Source: an uncultured bacterium
Lineage (GTDB): Bacteria; Chloroflexota; UBA5177; JANWHV01
Assembly (NCBI GenBank): GCA_963729625.1
Contig: CAVSOU010000010.1
Span: forward strand, 704,001-768,000
Reading direction: 5' to 3'
DNA length: 64,000 bases
In this document: positions 37,840-48,219 of the stretch, piece after piece
How positions within the stretch are numbered: position 1 is the stretch's first letter
Layout: each line of letters begins with the position of its first letter
Made by a program: the position numbers and the translations under genes
Notes under the pieces: model-generated
Databases searched by the model: none
The model's input: only the letters and a program-made list of their open reading frames with translations
Told to the model about the DNA's origin: nothing

Positions 37840-38220
37840 TTGGACCGCCCGACTGCGGCACGCGCTGGCCGGCGTGAGGGCGCTGAGACCGCGCGCCGGC
37901 TACTCGTCGTAGCGCTGGTGGCAGCGGTTGTGCTGGCAGGAGGGATCCTCGTGCAGCGTCAGCGGCTGCGGCAGAGCCAGCGCGACTGGCAAGCAGCGGT
38001 CGCGCGTGGCCGTTTCGACTACGCCACGGGCTCGTGCATTTCCTGCCATGCACTCGCTCCGATCTCCTCCGCGGGCGCCGCGATCGACCTCAGCCATGAA
38101 GGGAGTAGGCGTACGTTGACCTGGCTACAACACGAGATTCGCTTTCCAACCTCCATCCGACCGCCTACTCCGGCCGGGCAGGCCAATGATCTGGCGGCGT
38201 TTCTAAGCAGCCTGAAGTAG
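37840..38220 (+). CDS. membrane-anchored monoheme c-type cytochrome
   Basis: TTG after GAAGGAGG; one TM helix; CISCH; DLSHEGSRR..WL; DLAAFLSSLK. Confidence 0.75.
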   Translation: MDRPTAARAGRREGAETARRLLVVALVAAVVLAGGILVQRQRLRQSQRDWQAAVARGRFDYATGSCISCHALAPISSAGAAIDLSHEGSRRTLTWLQHEIRFPTSIRPPTPAGQANDLAAFLSSLK

Positions 38221-38459
38221 CGGGAGCGAGGATGGCGTCGTGTTGGTGCGCTACTATGCCATCCCCGAGTTCTCTGTGGTGGATCGCGGCCCAGATTGAC
38301 CCGCTCGTCGAACTTGGCGGGTCGCAGACGTCAGCGTGGCCGGGCAACCTGCCCCGCTGAGCTCGGAGGACTATGCTTGAGAGGGTAAGTCCTGATGCGC
38401 ACATCAGCGACTGTCGCAAAGCACCAGCCCGCTGCACCGGCCAGCTATATCCGCACTGG

Positions 38460-38489
38460 TTGATACCGTACCGGGGTATGGGATATACT
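38460..38489 (+). promoter_or_regulatory. promoter with CsoR/CstR-type operator 1
   Basis: TTGATA-N18-TATACT enclosing ATACCGTACCGGGGTATGGGAT (38463-38484). Confidence 0.75.
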
Positions 38490-38561
38490 GTGTGCAGTGA
38501 AATACTTGCATGGTAGGACGCGGCGCGGTGCGCCTCGACCACGCTTGAAAGGAGCAGAACT

Positions 38562-38765
38562 GTGCGACAGCGTTGGGCATGGGCTAACAACCGGGTGGCA
38601 CCGCGCATACGCGTCGCGCTGGGGTTTGCCCTCGTCGCAGTCGGCTTCGCGGTAGGAGGAAGCACAATCGGTGTCGGATTGACGCTGCTCGGCGTCTTGG
38701 TGTTCCGGACGGGTACTTGTGGCCGCTGTGTGTTTGGCTCCTGCCCGCCGAGACGCGCCCGCTAG
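38562..38765 (+). CDS. YgaP/DUF2892-like small membrane protein
   Basis: GTG after GAAAGGAG; RIRVALG, two TM helices, TGTCGRC. Confidence 0.7.
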   Translation: MRQRWAWANNRVAPRIRVALGFALVAVGFAVGGSTIGVGLTLLGVLVFRTGTCGRCVFGSCPPRRAR

Positions 38766-38848
38766 CAGGTTGTGTTGCACAGTCAGGAGACGGAGGCGCT
38801 GACAGCGGCAGCCGCTGGAGACTTGATGAGGAGAAGAGGAGCAAGCAG

Positions 38849-39202
38849 ATGACTCAGTTCAGGCAATTGACGGGATCGACGGGGCCAACCGGGGCGGCGG
38901 AGGTGGAAGTGACCGCTGCGTACACCCTGCAACAGCAGGGCGCACAGCTGATTGACGTGCGCGAAGCGGATGAGTTTCGTTCGGGCCACGCGGTAGGAGC
39001 ACGGAACATACCTCTGGGCGAGCTACGCAGCCGTCTGCAGGAGCTGCAAGCCGGCGCGACGGTGCTGCTTATCTGCGAGAGCGGCAGCCGCAGCTGGTCG
39101 GCGCAGCTTCAGCTGCAGCACCTTGGCGTGCCCGACGTGCGGAACGTGATCGGCGGCACCAGCGCTTGGCGGTGGGCGCGGTTGCCCACGCGGGCCGGAT
39201 AG
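38849..39202 (+). CDS. single-domain rhodanese
   Basis: LIDVREADEFRSGHAVGARNIPL, active loop CESGSRS, GGTSAW. Confidence 0.92.
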   Translation: MTQFRQLTGSTGPTGAAEVEVTAAYTLQQQGAQLIDVREADEFRSGHAVGARNIPLGELRSRLQELQAGATVLLICESGSRSWSAQLQLQHLGVPDVRNVIGGTSAWRWARLPTRAG

Positions 39203-39269
39203 CCTGCGGAGCCGCGCGTCACTTGGCAACGCGCGACAGAGCACGATAGAAGGGAAGACAGGTGAGGCT

Positions 39270-39680
39270 ATGGCGACCGAAATTGCAAGCGCGCTTGGCA
39301 TCGGCAAGCGCTTGAACCTGACCTTTGACACGGCCATGGAGCGGACCCGGGCGGCGCTCACGGCGCAGGGTTTCGGCGTGCTGACGGAAATCGATATTCG
39401 AAAGACGCTGAAGGAGAAGCTGGACGTGGACTTCCGGCGGTACACCATTCTGGGCGCGTGTAATCCGCCGTTTGCCCACCGCGCCCTCTCCGCGGACCTC
39501 GAAGTTGGGCTGCTGCTCCCCTGCAATGTCGTGTTGTATGAAGATGGTGCCGGCACTGTCGTGCGGGCCATGGACCCGCAAGCCGTGCTGGGACTGATGA
39601 CCAATCCGGCGATCACCAGCCTGGCCCGCGAGGTGCGCGACCGCCTGGTGCGCGCCTTCGCCACCCTTGACGACGACTGA
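39270..39680 (+). CDS. DUF302 domain protein
   Basis: GFGVLTEID..TLKEKL, YTILGACNP, GLLLPCNVV. Confidence 0.93.
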   Translation: MATEIASALGIGKRLNLTFDTAMERTRAALTAQGFGVLTEIDIRKTLKEKLDVDFRRYTILGACNPPFAHRALSADLEVGLLLPCNVVLYEDGAGTVVRAMDPQAVLGLMTNPAITSLAREVRDRLVRAFATLDDD

Positions 39681-39755
39681 CCACCAGCGCGTGCAGGTGC
39701 CTGCGACGCGGAACGATTGCCTACTGACAGCCGAACGCGCTGTCGAAAGGAGGAG

Positions 39756-40208
39756 TTGGCCCTGACACGCGCCAAGGCTGTGTTGCTGCTCTCGATTGCA
39801 CTTCTCGCGTGCGGTCTCCTGGTGCCGGCCTCTGCCGCCGGCGCGAGCCAGACGATCACCGGCGCCAAGGTCAGCGTGCCGGGAGGCAGCTATCGCGCCG
39901 TTACGCCGCGCGAGCTGGCGACGATGCTGGCCCACAAGAACTTCCTGCTGGTGAACGTGCACTACCCCTATGCCGGCGAACTGCCACATACCGATCGCTT
40001 CCTGCCTTACGACACGATCGGCCAGCACCTTTTGTCCCTGCCCGCGAACAAGCATGCCATGGTCGTACTGTACTGCCGCAGCGGGCGCATGAGCGATATC
40101 GCGGCGCGCACACTCGTCCGGCTCGGTTTCAACAACGTCTGGCATCTGGCGGGCGGCATGGATGCCTGGCAGCAGCAGGGCTACAAGCTACTCTTTCTCT
40201 TCCGCTGA
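39756..40208 (+). CDS. rhodanese-like protein with predicted signal peptide
   Basis: Hydrophobic N-terminus ending ASA/AGA; LVNVH.PY, YCRSGRMS, LAGGMDAW; start codon uncertain. Confidence 0.85.
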   Translation: MALTRAKAVLLLSIALLACGLLVPASAAGASQTITGAKVSVPGGSYRAVTPRELATMLAHKNFLLVNVHYPYAGELPHTDRFLPYDTIGQHLLSLPANKHAMVVLYCRSGRMSDIAARTLVRLGFNNVWHLAGGMDAWQQQGYKLLFLFR

Positions 40209-40260
40209 CCGGTCGTAACGACGGTCCGCTCCGCACGCCTGCACGCGAAAGGATCTTACC

Positions 40261-40680
40261 GTGAAGCTCCTATCCGGACTATCACTTGTCGCCCTGCTGA
40301 GGGCGCTCTCGGCACAAATCGTTTCCCATCCAACCGCGGTCCCGTGCATACCACGCGCCCGCTTTCTCACCGTTGCCGATTTGGCGGATCTCGACGAATG
40401 CTTTGCGCGCTCTCAGCAGCGGCCGGTCGTCCTGTTCCTCCACGATCCTGGCTGCCCGATCAGTGACGCAGCCTATCGGCAGGTGTCCGGACTCGATGCC
40501 GAGGTCAGGCTGGTCGACGTGCGCACCGGGAGGTCGATCACGCGCGCTGTGGAAGACCGCACCGGCGTGCGCCACGAATCGCCGCAGGTCCTCGTGCTCA
40601 AGAGTGGTCAGGCACTATGGTCGGCATCCCACTACGCCATCACCTCCCGCGCTGTCGAGGCGGCAATACTCGGGACCTGA
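40261..40680 (+). CDS. YtxJ/BrxC (DUF2847) monothiol bacilliredoxin-like protein
   Basis: HDPGCPIS..AY, GVRHESPQVL, WSASHYAIT. Confidence 0.82.
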   Translation: MKLLSGLSLVALLRALSAQIVSHPTAVPCIPRARFLTVADLADLDECFARSQQRPVVLFLHDPGCPISDAAYRQVSGLDAEVRLVDVRTGRSITRAVEDRTGVRHESPQVLVLKSGQALWSASHYAITSRAVEAAILGT

Positions 40681-40888
40681 CAGGCGGGCCGGCACGGCCA
40701 GGTCCTGGGAACGTTGTTATATATGCCGCACTGCGCCGGTTCGAAGAGGTACGCGTACGCGCTGGCTCCTACGCCTCTAGCCCCCCACCATTTGCATCTT
40801 GCATGTATCGGCGTCAAAGCTTTGGATCGTAGTAGCTCGCAGCCAGCGCGTCGAGGTCGATCGGCGAGACGACACGCCCCTCGGACTG

Positions 40889-40936
40889 TTGACATGTAAC
40901 AAATACCATGTATATATAATACATGGTATTTGTTAC
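40889..40936. promoter_or_regulatory. promoter overlapped by a perfect 18-bp inverted repeat (probable repressor operator)
   Basis: TTGACA at 40889; GTAACAAATACCATGTAT-ATATA-ATACATGGTATTTGTTAC (40896-40936) covering TATAAT (40915-40920). Confidence 0.7.
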
Positions 40937-41028
40937 CGCGGCGCTGTGCTTGCGCGTGCTGCCGGCGGCGTCTCGACAAGGTCGGTCCATGCCTGCGCTC
41001 ATCGAAGGGCTGCGGCAACCGTCACTGC

Positions 41029-41346
41029 ATGAATCCGGACGCCCACCGCGTAGAGCCACGGAAGATGGAAAGGACCGCCACACGGGATGAAACGCTTGAT
41101 GCGAGGGAAGCGATCTATGAGCTGCTCTCCACAGACGGCCACACTTATGTGCTGCAGAGCTATGCCCTGATCGTCGATCCCGGCTTGACCCAGGCTGCAC
41201 TGCCCACGCTATCTGGCCGCCTCACGCTGCCGAAGGGATGGCGGTACCGGATGGTCGTTCCGGCGCAGGACCTCGTGCTGAAAGTCACAGGCAAAGCTAC
41301 TGTCCTGCAGGACAGCCTGGACGATACCTATCAGCTGGTGAAGTAG
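41029..41346 (+). pseudogene. hypothetical protein, probably a C-terminal remnant
   Basis: IYELLSTDGHTYVLQSY...LPKGWRYR...VLQDSLDDTYQ looks protein-like; no convincing start or RBS. Confidence 0.45.
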
Positions 41347-41478
41347 CGTGGGGTTGGTCGCCTCCCTCCCCAGGCCACACCGTGGACACGGCGGTATGTG
41401 GCGCAGGACACCGAACATAGGAAGCAAACGGGCTCGTTCAGCAGTACGTGGCCGGTAAGAGTAAGAGGAGGACTGCTG

Positions 41479-42237
41479 TTGCCTCGACCACCTCTGAGCG
41501 AAGCGCAGCTCCAAGCCATGCGCACGCGCATTCTCGACGCCGCGCTCGACATCCTGCTCAAGGAAGGCCCACACGGTCTGACGTCGCGGGCGATCGCGCG
41601 TGCTCTGGGTATTGCTCATATGACCTTGTTCACCTACTTCGAGAACCAGGCAGCCCTCCTCGCGGCGCTGGCAGAGCGGGAAATGGCTCCCATTCGGACA
41701 GACCAGCAGCGTCTCGAACGCCAGGCGGAGGATGGTGATATCGTGCGGGTGATGCGCGACGCACTCGCGCTGTATCCGCGCTTCGCCGCCGAGCACTCCA
41801 GGCTCTTCCAGCTGGCCATGGCGGGCCCCCAGCTCGAAGGCGGCAGCGCTGACCGGGCTCGTGCCCGCTCCCAAACGCACGTCACGCACCTGGCGCGGCT
41901 GGTGCAGGTGGGCATCGCCCGCGGCACGTTTCACCCCCACGATCCCGTGCTGGCTGCTAGCGCGGTCATGGGCATGGTCGCGATGCCGCTGTTGCTGTTT
42001 GCCACCGGCCGTATCGCCTCCGAGGATCAGCGTGATGCGCTGGTGGCCGAGATGCTGGAGGCGGCGCTGCTGTATCTCACCGTCCCACCAGCGGCAGCGG
42101 AAGCGCACGGCGAGCACTGGAATCGACAAGCCGGTTCAAGAACAACCGGTGAACGTCCGCTGAGTCCGGAGGTCAAACCACTGCATGAGCCTGCACGTCG
42201 GGCCGTGGGTCAGAGAAGGACCGGGCCCGACCAGTAG
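41479..42237 (+). CDS. TetR/AcrR family regulator
   Basis: RILDAALDILLKEGPHGLTSRAIARALGIAHMTLFTYFEN; TTG after AGAGGAGGA. Confidence 0.92.
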   Translation: MPRPPLSEAQLQAMRTRILDAALDILLKEGPHGLTSRAIARALGIAHMTLFTYFENQAALLAALAEREMAPIRTDQQRLERQAEDGDIVRVMRDALALYPRFAAEHSRLFQLAMAGPQLEGGSADRARARSQTHVTHLARLVQVGIARGTFHPHDPVLAASAVMGMVAMPLLLFATGRIASEDQRDALVAEMLEAALLYLTVPPAAAEAHGEHWNRQAGSRTTGERPLSPEVKPLHEPARRAVGQRRTGPDQ

Positions 42238-42269
42238 TTGGGCCACCATTCACCAGAAAGAGAGACATC

Positions 42270-44553
42270 ATGGCCTGGGTCGGTCGGTTCGTCGTTCGCT
42301 TCCGCTATCCGGTGATCGCCGTCTGGATACTGGCAACCGTGTTCTGCATTCGTGCTTTTCCCTCACTCGGCAGCGTTGTCAACAGCGACAACAGCTCGTT
42401 CCTGCAGAGCAGTGCTCCCAGCAAACAGGCTGCACAGTTGACCACCGCGTTCCAGCCCGGCAACACCTACACGTCCGTTATCGTGGCCGCGCGGGATGGC
42501 GGGCCCCTGACGCCGGCAGACCAGGCGGCGATCACGCGAGCCGAAACCGCCGCCGGTGCCGTAAAGCACGTGCGCTTCGTCCACGATCAGGGGGTCTCCG
42601 CCGACGGTCATGCGCGCAAGGCCCTGGTCGGCATCGACGTCTCTCCCTCCGACAGCCGAGCAGGCGGCGTGGTCGATCGGTTGCGTTCCGAACTCAGCAC
42701 TTCTGGCGCGCCTGCCGGCTTGCAGCTGCACCTCACCGGCGCCGTCGCATCGAACGTGGACAACAGCCGCGCCGCAGCCGACGCGAACAAGCTGACGTCG
42801 ATACTCACCAACGTCGTCATTCTGATCATGCTGGTGGTCGTCTTCCGAGCGGTGCTGGCACCTCTCGTCACGCTGTTCCCCGCGGTGCTCGTATTGTTGC
42901 TTGCGGGTCCCGTGATCGCCCAGGCCTCGTCGCTAGGCTTCCAGGTATCGAGCTTCACGCAGGTCATCTTGACGGTGCTGGTCTTGGGAGCGGGCACCGA
43001 CTACGGCCTCTTCCTGATCCTGCGAGTGCGCGAAGAGCTGGGACGCGGGCACTCTCCAAGGGATGCAGTGATCGAGGCTGTGGACAAAGTGGGCGAGTCA
43101 ATCTCCTTTTCAGGCGGGACGGTGATAGGCGCCCTCTTGTGCCTGCTGCTGGCCAGCTTTGGGGTCTACCGTGGTCTCGGCCCGGGCCTGGCGATCGGCA
43201 TCGCCTTGATGCTGCTGGCCGCGTTGACCCTGCTGCCCGCCATGCTCAGTGTCCTTGGCCATGCTATCTTCTGGCCGCTCCGCGTCGAGCCGGGAGAGGC
43301 GAAAGTCGGCGCCTGGGGGCGGATCGCGGTTGCCATCGTGCAGCGCCCCATCACCACGCTCGTCGCAGGAGTGGTGTTCTTTGGCCTGCTCGCAGCCCTG
43401 GCGACCGGCTACGTGGCCGGTGGCTTCGCCAGCAGCTCGAGCGGCCCGAGCGGCAGCGACTCCTTGCAGGGTTCAACCGCAATCGCCGCGCATTATCCGC
43501 CTGCGGTGGTCAATCCCACCACGGTGATACTGGTGTTTCCCGCCTCGGTTTGGAACGATCTCGACCTGGTGCAGAGCGCTGAGCGCGCGCTGAGCCAACA
43601 ACCCGTCTTTCGGTCCGTCAGCGGCCTGCTGGACCCCAACGGCACGTCGATCCAGTCCACGCAGCTATCTGAGCTACACGCGCAGCTTGGCGACCCGTCG
43701 AAGCTGCCGCCGTCGGAACCGGCAGCCGTTGCCGCCCAGGTGCCGCTCGCAGACTACAACGCCTACAGGTCGACGGCACAGTTTGTCAGCTCCGACGGTC
43801 GCACCGTGCAGTTCTACACCACCCTCACTGCCGGCGACCCCGCCAGCTACAACGGCGCTGCAGGCGATCCCCTCCATTCGCCGGTCAGCCTCCTCAGTCG
43901 CCCGCGCCTCGGGAGCGAGTGCCAGCGGTGTGGTAGGGCAAGCCGCTTCAGGCTACGACGTCAGCAGTGCATCCAACTCGGACCTGCTGCACATCGTGCC
44001 GGTCGTGCTCCTGCTGATAGCCGTGTTGCTCGGCCTTGTCCTGCGCAGCCTTGTGGCGCCCCTCTACCTGGTGCTGAGCGTCGTCTTCTCCTATTTCGCT
44101 GCGTTGGGCGTGGCGGTGCTGGTGTTTATGCACGGCAAGGGCGACGCTGGGTTGAACTTTGTCCTGCCGTTTCTGATGTTCGTGTTCCTGATGGCGCTCG
44201 GCTCCGACTACAACATTCTGGTGATGAGCCGCATCCGGGAAGAGTCGTTCAAACGATTGCTGCACGACGCGATTGCCCAGGCATTGAATGCAACTGGAAG
44301 CACAGTGACCTCAGCGGGCATGATTCTGGCCGCCACATTCGCGGTCGTGGCGGTGACCGGATCAACAGATCAGGTTCGCCAGCTGGGAGTCGGTATCTCC
44401 ACGGGCGTCTTGCTGGATACCTTCCTGGTACGCACACTGCTCGTGCCGTCGATCGTCGTGCTGCTCGGGCGCTGGAACTGGTGGCCGTCATCCCTGGCGC
44501 ACGGCACATCGCCGGCAGCAGAGCCCGGGCGCCTGAACGCGGCAACAGCGTGA
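42270..44553 (+). pseudogene. MMPL (RND) family transporter with one frameshift near 43848
   Basis: First half (GAGTDYGLFLI.RVREE, TLLPA) is in the frame of 42270; second half (MALGSDYNILVMSRIREE, LDTFLVRTLLVP, WNWWP) is in the frame of 43687. Deleting one base in GCCAGCTACAACG restores ASTTALQAIP. Confidence 0.85.
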
Positions 44554-44747
44554 CGAGACGGTCGGCATCGCATCGGGGCGTGCGACTACCGTGCAGGATG
44601 ACCGGGAGCAGACGGCTGACGGGAGCGCAGGTGCACCGTGCCGATCAGGTGTGCCTGTGCAGATACTCGTCGGGCGACTCCAGGTGCTGGGCTCGGGGTC
44701 CGGGTAACCGCACGATACACAGGTGATCAATTTGGGAAGACACGACA

Positions 44748-44781
44748 GCGCGCCGAAGCGCGAAACTGTGCTTCGGCGCGC
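44748..44781. terminator. GC-rich hairpin between convergent genes
   Basis: 12-bp stem GCGCGCCGAAGC / GCTTCGGCGCGC between the MMPL and trxA 3' ends. Confidence 0.6.
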
Positions 44782-44806
44782 CGGATGGCCAGTGGCTGGT
44801 TGGGCG

Positions 44807-45151
44807 TCAGTGGGCTGAGACGGCTCCCAGGACCTTGTCCAGCGCTCCCGCCAGCTCGGCCTTTGGGCGAACCCCGACGAACCGCTTCACCTCACGCCCC
44901 TGCTGGAACAACGCCAACGTGGGGATGCCCTGGATGCCGTAGCGCTGCGCCACAGCCGGGCTCTCGTCGACGTTGACCTTCACCGTCCGCACGCGGCCGT
45001 CGTAGGCTTGGGCCAGCTGCTCCACGATGGGGGCCACCATGTGGCAGGGGCCGCACCAGGGCGCCCAGAAGTCGACCAGCACCGGGACCGCGGCCTGCAG
45101 CACCGCGCGATCGAAGCCGCGCTCGTCGGTTGAGATAATGTTTGCGTTCAT
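44807..45151 (-). CDS. trxA: thioredoxin
   Basis: VLVDFWAPWCGPC, KVNVDE, GIQGIPTL; RBS AAGGAG. Confidence 0.96.
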   Translation of the reverse strand: MNANIISTDERGFDRAVLQAAVPVLVDFWAPWCGPCHMVAPIVEQLAQAYDGRVRTVKVNVDESPAVAQRYGIQGIPTLALFQQGREVKRFVGVRPKAELAGALDKVLGAVSAH

Positions 45152-45192
45152 GCTCTTCTCCTTGCTGATAGCTTCTTGCATCTGATACCAGG

Positions 45193-45217
45193 ATTATACC
45201 ATACCCCCCTATGGTAT
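45193..45217 (-). promoter_or_regulatory. CsoR/CstR-type operator 2 with extended -10 (trxA promoter)
   Basis: ATTATACCATACCCCCCTATGGTAT, identical over 25 bp to 58151-58175; reads TGGTATAAT on the minus strand. Confidence 0.85.
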
Positions 45218-45286
45218 ATAAAGGCATGACCCAGGACTCGCCCATGTCACGTACAGCAGTGCCATACAGCGTGCAAGACGTCAGGT

Positions 45287-45883
45287 TTGGCGAACCGCCT
45301 GCCGCGTCAGCCAACCATCAGCAACATCGCCCAAGATGCCGACGACGCGCCGCTGGTCACCCCGCTGACGCCGCCGGGTCCGGCCGACGTCGTGGTGGTG
45401 ACGGCGAAGGCACCTACTGCCCCATCAGGCGACCATCCCGTGCTCTGGCCGGCGCCGGCCGAGGACCTGCGCTACTGGTCCCTGTGCACCCTTGTGGGCA
45501 CGGTGGAGCTGCCTACGGTGGTGAACCGCTTGCCGAACGGCACCACTGACTACGGGTGCCGCGACAACGACGCGACCGCGGTCGATGCCGCCGGCTACTA
45601 CTTCTACGTCGTCGGTCGCGAGTCGCAACGCGCCGCCATTGCGCAGCTGCCCCACGTCACGTTTCTGCCGTTCTCGGCTATCGCGCCGACGGCAATCCAT
45701 TTCCTGTATCTGCGTAACAAACTGGCCAATCCCGACTTCGCCAATGCGGCACAGCGGGTGACGCAGTACAGCAATCCCGCCGCGGCGGCAGCGGCGATGG
45801 GTCCCTACTACCCGCGCGCCGCGGTGTGCGCGCTGAGCACACTCACGAGCAAAGGCGTGCAGGCCTGCCTTGCCCATCCCTGA
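45287..45883 (+). pseudogene. hypothetical protein, probably 5'-truncated
   Basis: Coding-like composition (DLRYWSLCT, MGPYYPR); no RBS or plausible N-terminus. Confidence 0.5.
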
Positions 45884-46040
45884 GCAGGTCGGGACAGGTG
45901 GTGCTGTCGGCCGGCTGCTTACAGGTGAAGGGGGGGTAGAGACACCACGAAGGACAAGGGGAGTCAGACGAAGCTTTCTGCGACCTTCACAGACTCTTCG
46001 ATCCGGTTCGTGTGTTGCTCGCTCTCCACCCTACTGGTCC

Positions 46041-46853
46041 TCAGGCGCTCCCGAGCAGCAAGCGGAGCCCGACCAGCCCGAGGGCCAGGGCCAGGAGCCT
46101 GATAATACGCGGCCCCTTGAGGCGGTTGGACAGGGCAGCACCGGCCTGGGCACCCGGAATCACGCCGATGGCCAGGGCGACCGTCTGGCCCACCACCCCG
46201 TGGAAGTCACCTCGCGCGGCGTGCACGAGGGAACCGGCGCCCGAGGTCATGGCCAGGATGAAGTGCGAGGTCGCGGTCGCCACGTGCGGGGGAATGCCGA
46301 GCAGCTGCACCATCGCCGGCACATGGATAATGCCGCCGCCGATACCTAGCAGGCTGGAGAGGAAGCCGACCGCGCCGCTCAGGCCCAGACCGAGCCATCG
46401 GTTGTAGGTATAGGTGTAGGTCGTGCCCGTCGCGTCGACCAGCGTGCGCTGGGTCAGCCCACTTGTACTCCCTGCCGGCCTGGCCTCAGTTTGGGGACGG
46501 AGCACGAGCCAGAGCGCGATCAGGATCAACAGCGCGCCGAGCAGCTTGTCGAATGGCCCGCGACTGAAGAGTCCGGTGGCAAACACGCCGATCACGGCGC
46601 CGGGAATGGTCGCCAGGGCGAAAAGGCGGCCAGTCTGGTAGTCGATGCGCCGCATGCGCGCGTAAGCCAGGCTGCCTGAGACGGCGTTGGCACAGACCAC
46701 GGCCAGCGAGATGGTGGTGATGGTCAGCGGTGACTCGTGCGGGTAGAGCAAGAGCAACGCGGGAACCAGCACAAACCCGCCGCCCGCCCCGATCAAGGTG
46801 CCGTAGGCGCCCACGCCGATGCCTAGCAGGATCAGCAGCAGCACCTGCATCAT
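46041..46853 (-). CDS. sulfite exporter TauE/SafE family protein
   Basis: GTLIGAGGGFVLVP, repeated as SSLLGIGGGIIHVP; ATATS, GAQAGA. Confidence 0.92.
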   Translation of the reverse strand: MMQVLLLILLGIGVGAYGTLIGAGGGFVLVPALLLLYPHESPLTITTISLAVVCANAVSGSLAYARMRRIDYQTGRLFALATIPGAVIGVFATGLFSRGPFDKLLGALLILIALWLVLRPQTEARPAGSTSGLTQRTLVDATGTTYTYTYNRWLGLGLSGAVGFLSSLLGIGGGIIHVPAMVQLLGIPPHVATATSHFILAMTSGAGSLVHAARGDFHGVVGQTVALAIGVIPGAQAGAALSNRLKGPRIIRLLALALGLVGLRLLLGSA

Positions 46854-47341
46854 GTACGATGCCAGTCGAGCATCACACGACGCCGGCCAGGTGCTGCAAG
46901 AGAAGGCTCTGCGTGGCCGGCGCTGGCGCCGAAGCTGTAGCCTGCGGCCACCACCGACGGCGTATCGTTGATGGCCGTGCCCGCCCACGGCCCAAAGCCG
47001 TGCGCCGAGAAGCCGGACAGCCGGCCGATGGGCGGGAAGATCAGCACGCCCGCCACGTTGAGCAGGAAGATGGTGTTACGGAGCACGATGCCGAGCAGAA
47101 TGGCGATCGCCGCTGCGCCGACGACTGGCGCCAGGTAGCCGAGCGCGGTCGCGGCACCGGCAAGGCCGGCGCACAGCGCTACCCTAGGCAGAGAACGGGC
47201 GAGCAGTGCACGGGTCTTTCGCGCTGGGCGTTGGTCTCGGCCAGCAGGCGGGGTGGTCTTCGCCGACACGCTAGTGCTGGGCGAGCTGAAGCTGGCCGAA
47301 GAGTGGGAGGGGGAAGACCTCGCCGGGCGGTGTTTCAACAT
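46850..47341 (-). pseudogene. collapsed YeiH-like (putative sulfate exporter) gene
   Basis: AIAILLGIVLRN joined directly to TIFLLNVAGVLIFPPIG...WAGTAINDTPSVVAAG; middle and C-terminus missing. Confidence 0.7.
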
Positions 47342-47414
47342 ACCCTGACAATACAGCCTGCGCTAAGCTTCGTCCAAGTATATTTCGTTCTCATGTTAGT
47401 AAGTCAGAGTTCTG

Positions 47415-47870
47415 ATGAGCGTTACGCTGGTGCGGCTGGAAACGTTCTCACGGGTGGCACGGCTGCAGAACTACACGAGGGTGGCAGAGGAGCTGCATCT
47501 TACACAGCCGGGCGTGGGCCAGCAGGTGCGCGCGCTGGAGAAGCACTTCGGTGTGCGCCTTGTGGGCATCGTCCGGCGCCGTCCGGTGCTCACAGATGCC
47601 GGCTGGTTCCTGGCCGCGTGCGCAGGGGACCTGCTGGGAACAATGGCGCGCACCTTGCGACTCGTGACCGTGCGCGGTCGAACCCTGTCACCGGCCGCGC
47701 GGGCCTTCCGCGCCCTGTTGCTTGACGCCGCCGGCAACTTACGACTCGCGTCAGCAGCCACCACCCAATCGGTTCGCTGGCTGGTGCGCGATGGTCAGAC
47801 GCTGACCACGCTACCACTGCCGTACGATATACAGCGACAGGCACTCTTCCCGCTGGGTCTGGGGCAGTAG
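47415..47870 (+). pseudogene. collapsed LysR regulator fused to a PstS C-terminal remnant
   Basis: LysR HTH (AEELHLTQPGVGQQVRALEKHFGVRL) runs into the LysR C-terminal helix (LSPAARAF); tail RWLVRDGQ..TLPLPYDIQRQA matches the end of PstS at 62741. Confidence 0.75.
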
Positions 47871-47982
47871 ACCGCCGGCAGTTGCTCATACCGCGGAGCG
47901 TATCGCGAGCGAGTCAGGTTCCGGCGTAGGCCCGCGCTGTCATGTAGGCACCTGACGTAGCAGCCGCCCGCCGCGATACGGG

Positions 47983-48219
47983 TTATCCACAGGTGTTGCA
48001 GGAACAGGAGCCACCGCTGCATGCACTGTAGTCACTGGCGGAATCGCCGGCTGCGTAGCTGTCCCCAGCTGAGCCAACGCTCGCGAACGAGGAGACAAGC
48101 TTGCGCACCTTTGGACTGCGACAGTGCCGGCACACAACAGCATCAGACAACTTGCGCTGCTGAACGAACAGTTCGAACCGCTGCGAACAATCGCTGCAAG
48201 TATACTCGTAGACTGGCAT
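47983..48219 (-). CDS. FmdB family zinc-ribbon protein
   Basis: MPVYEYTCSDC..FE...CRHCRS..RKLVSSF, Cys/Ser/Gly-rich tail; RBS AGGAGG. Confidence 0.9.
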   Translation of the reverse strand: MPVYEYTCSDCSQRFELFVQQRKLSDAVVCRHCRSPKVRKLVSSFASVGSAGDSYAAGDSASDYSACSGGSCSCNTCG

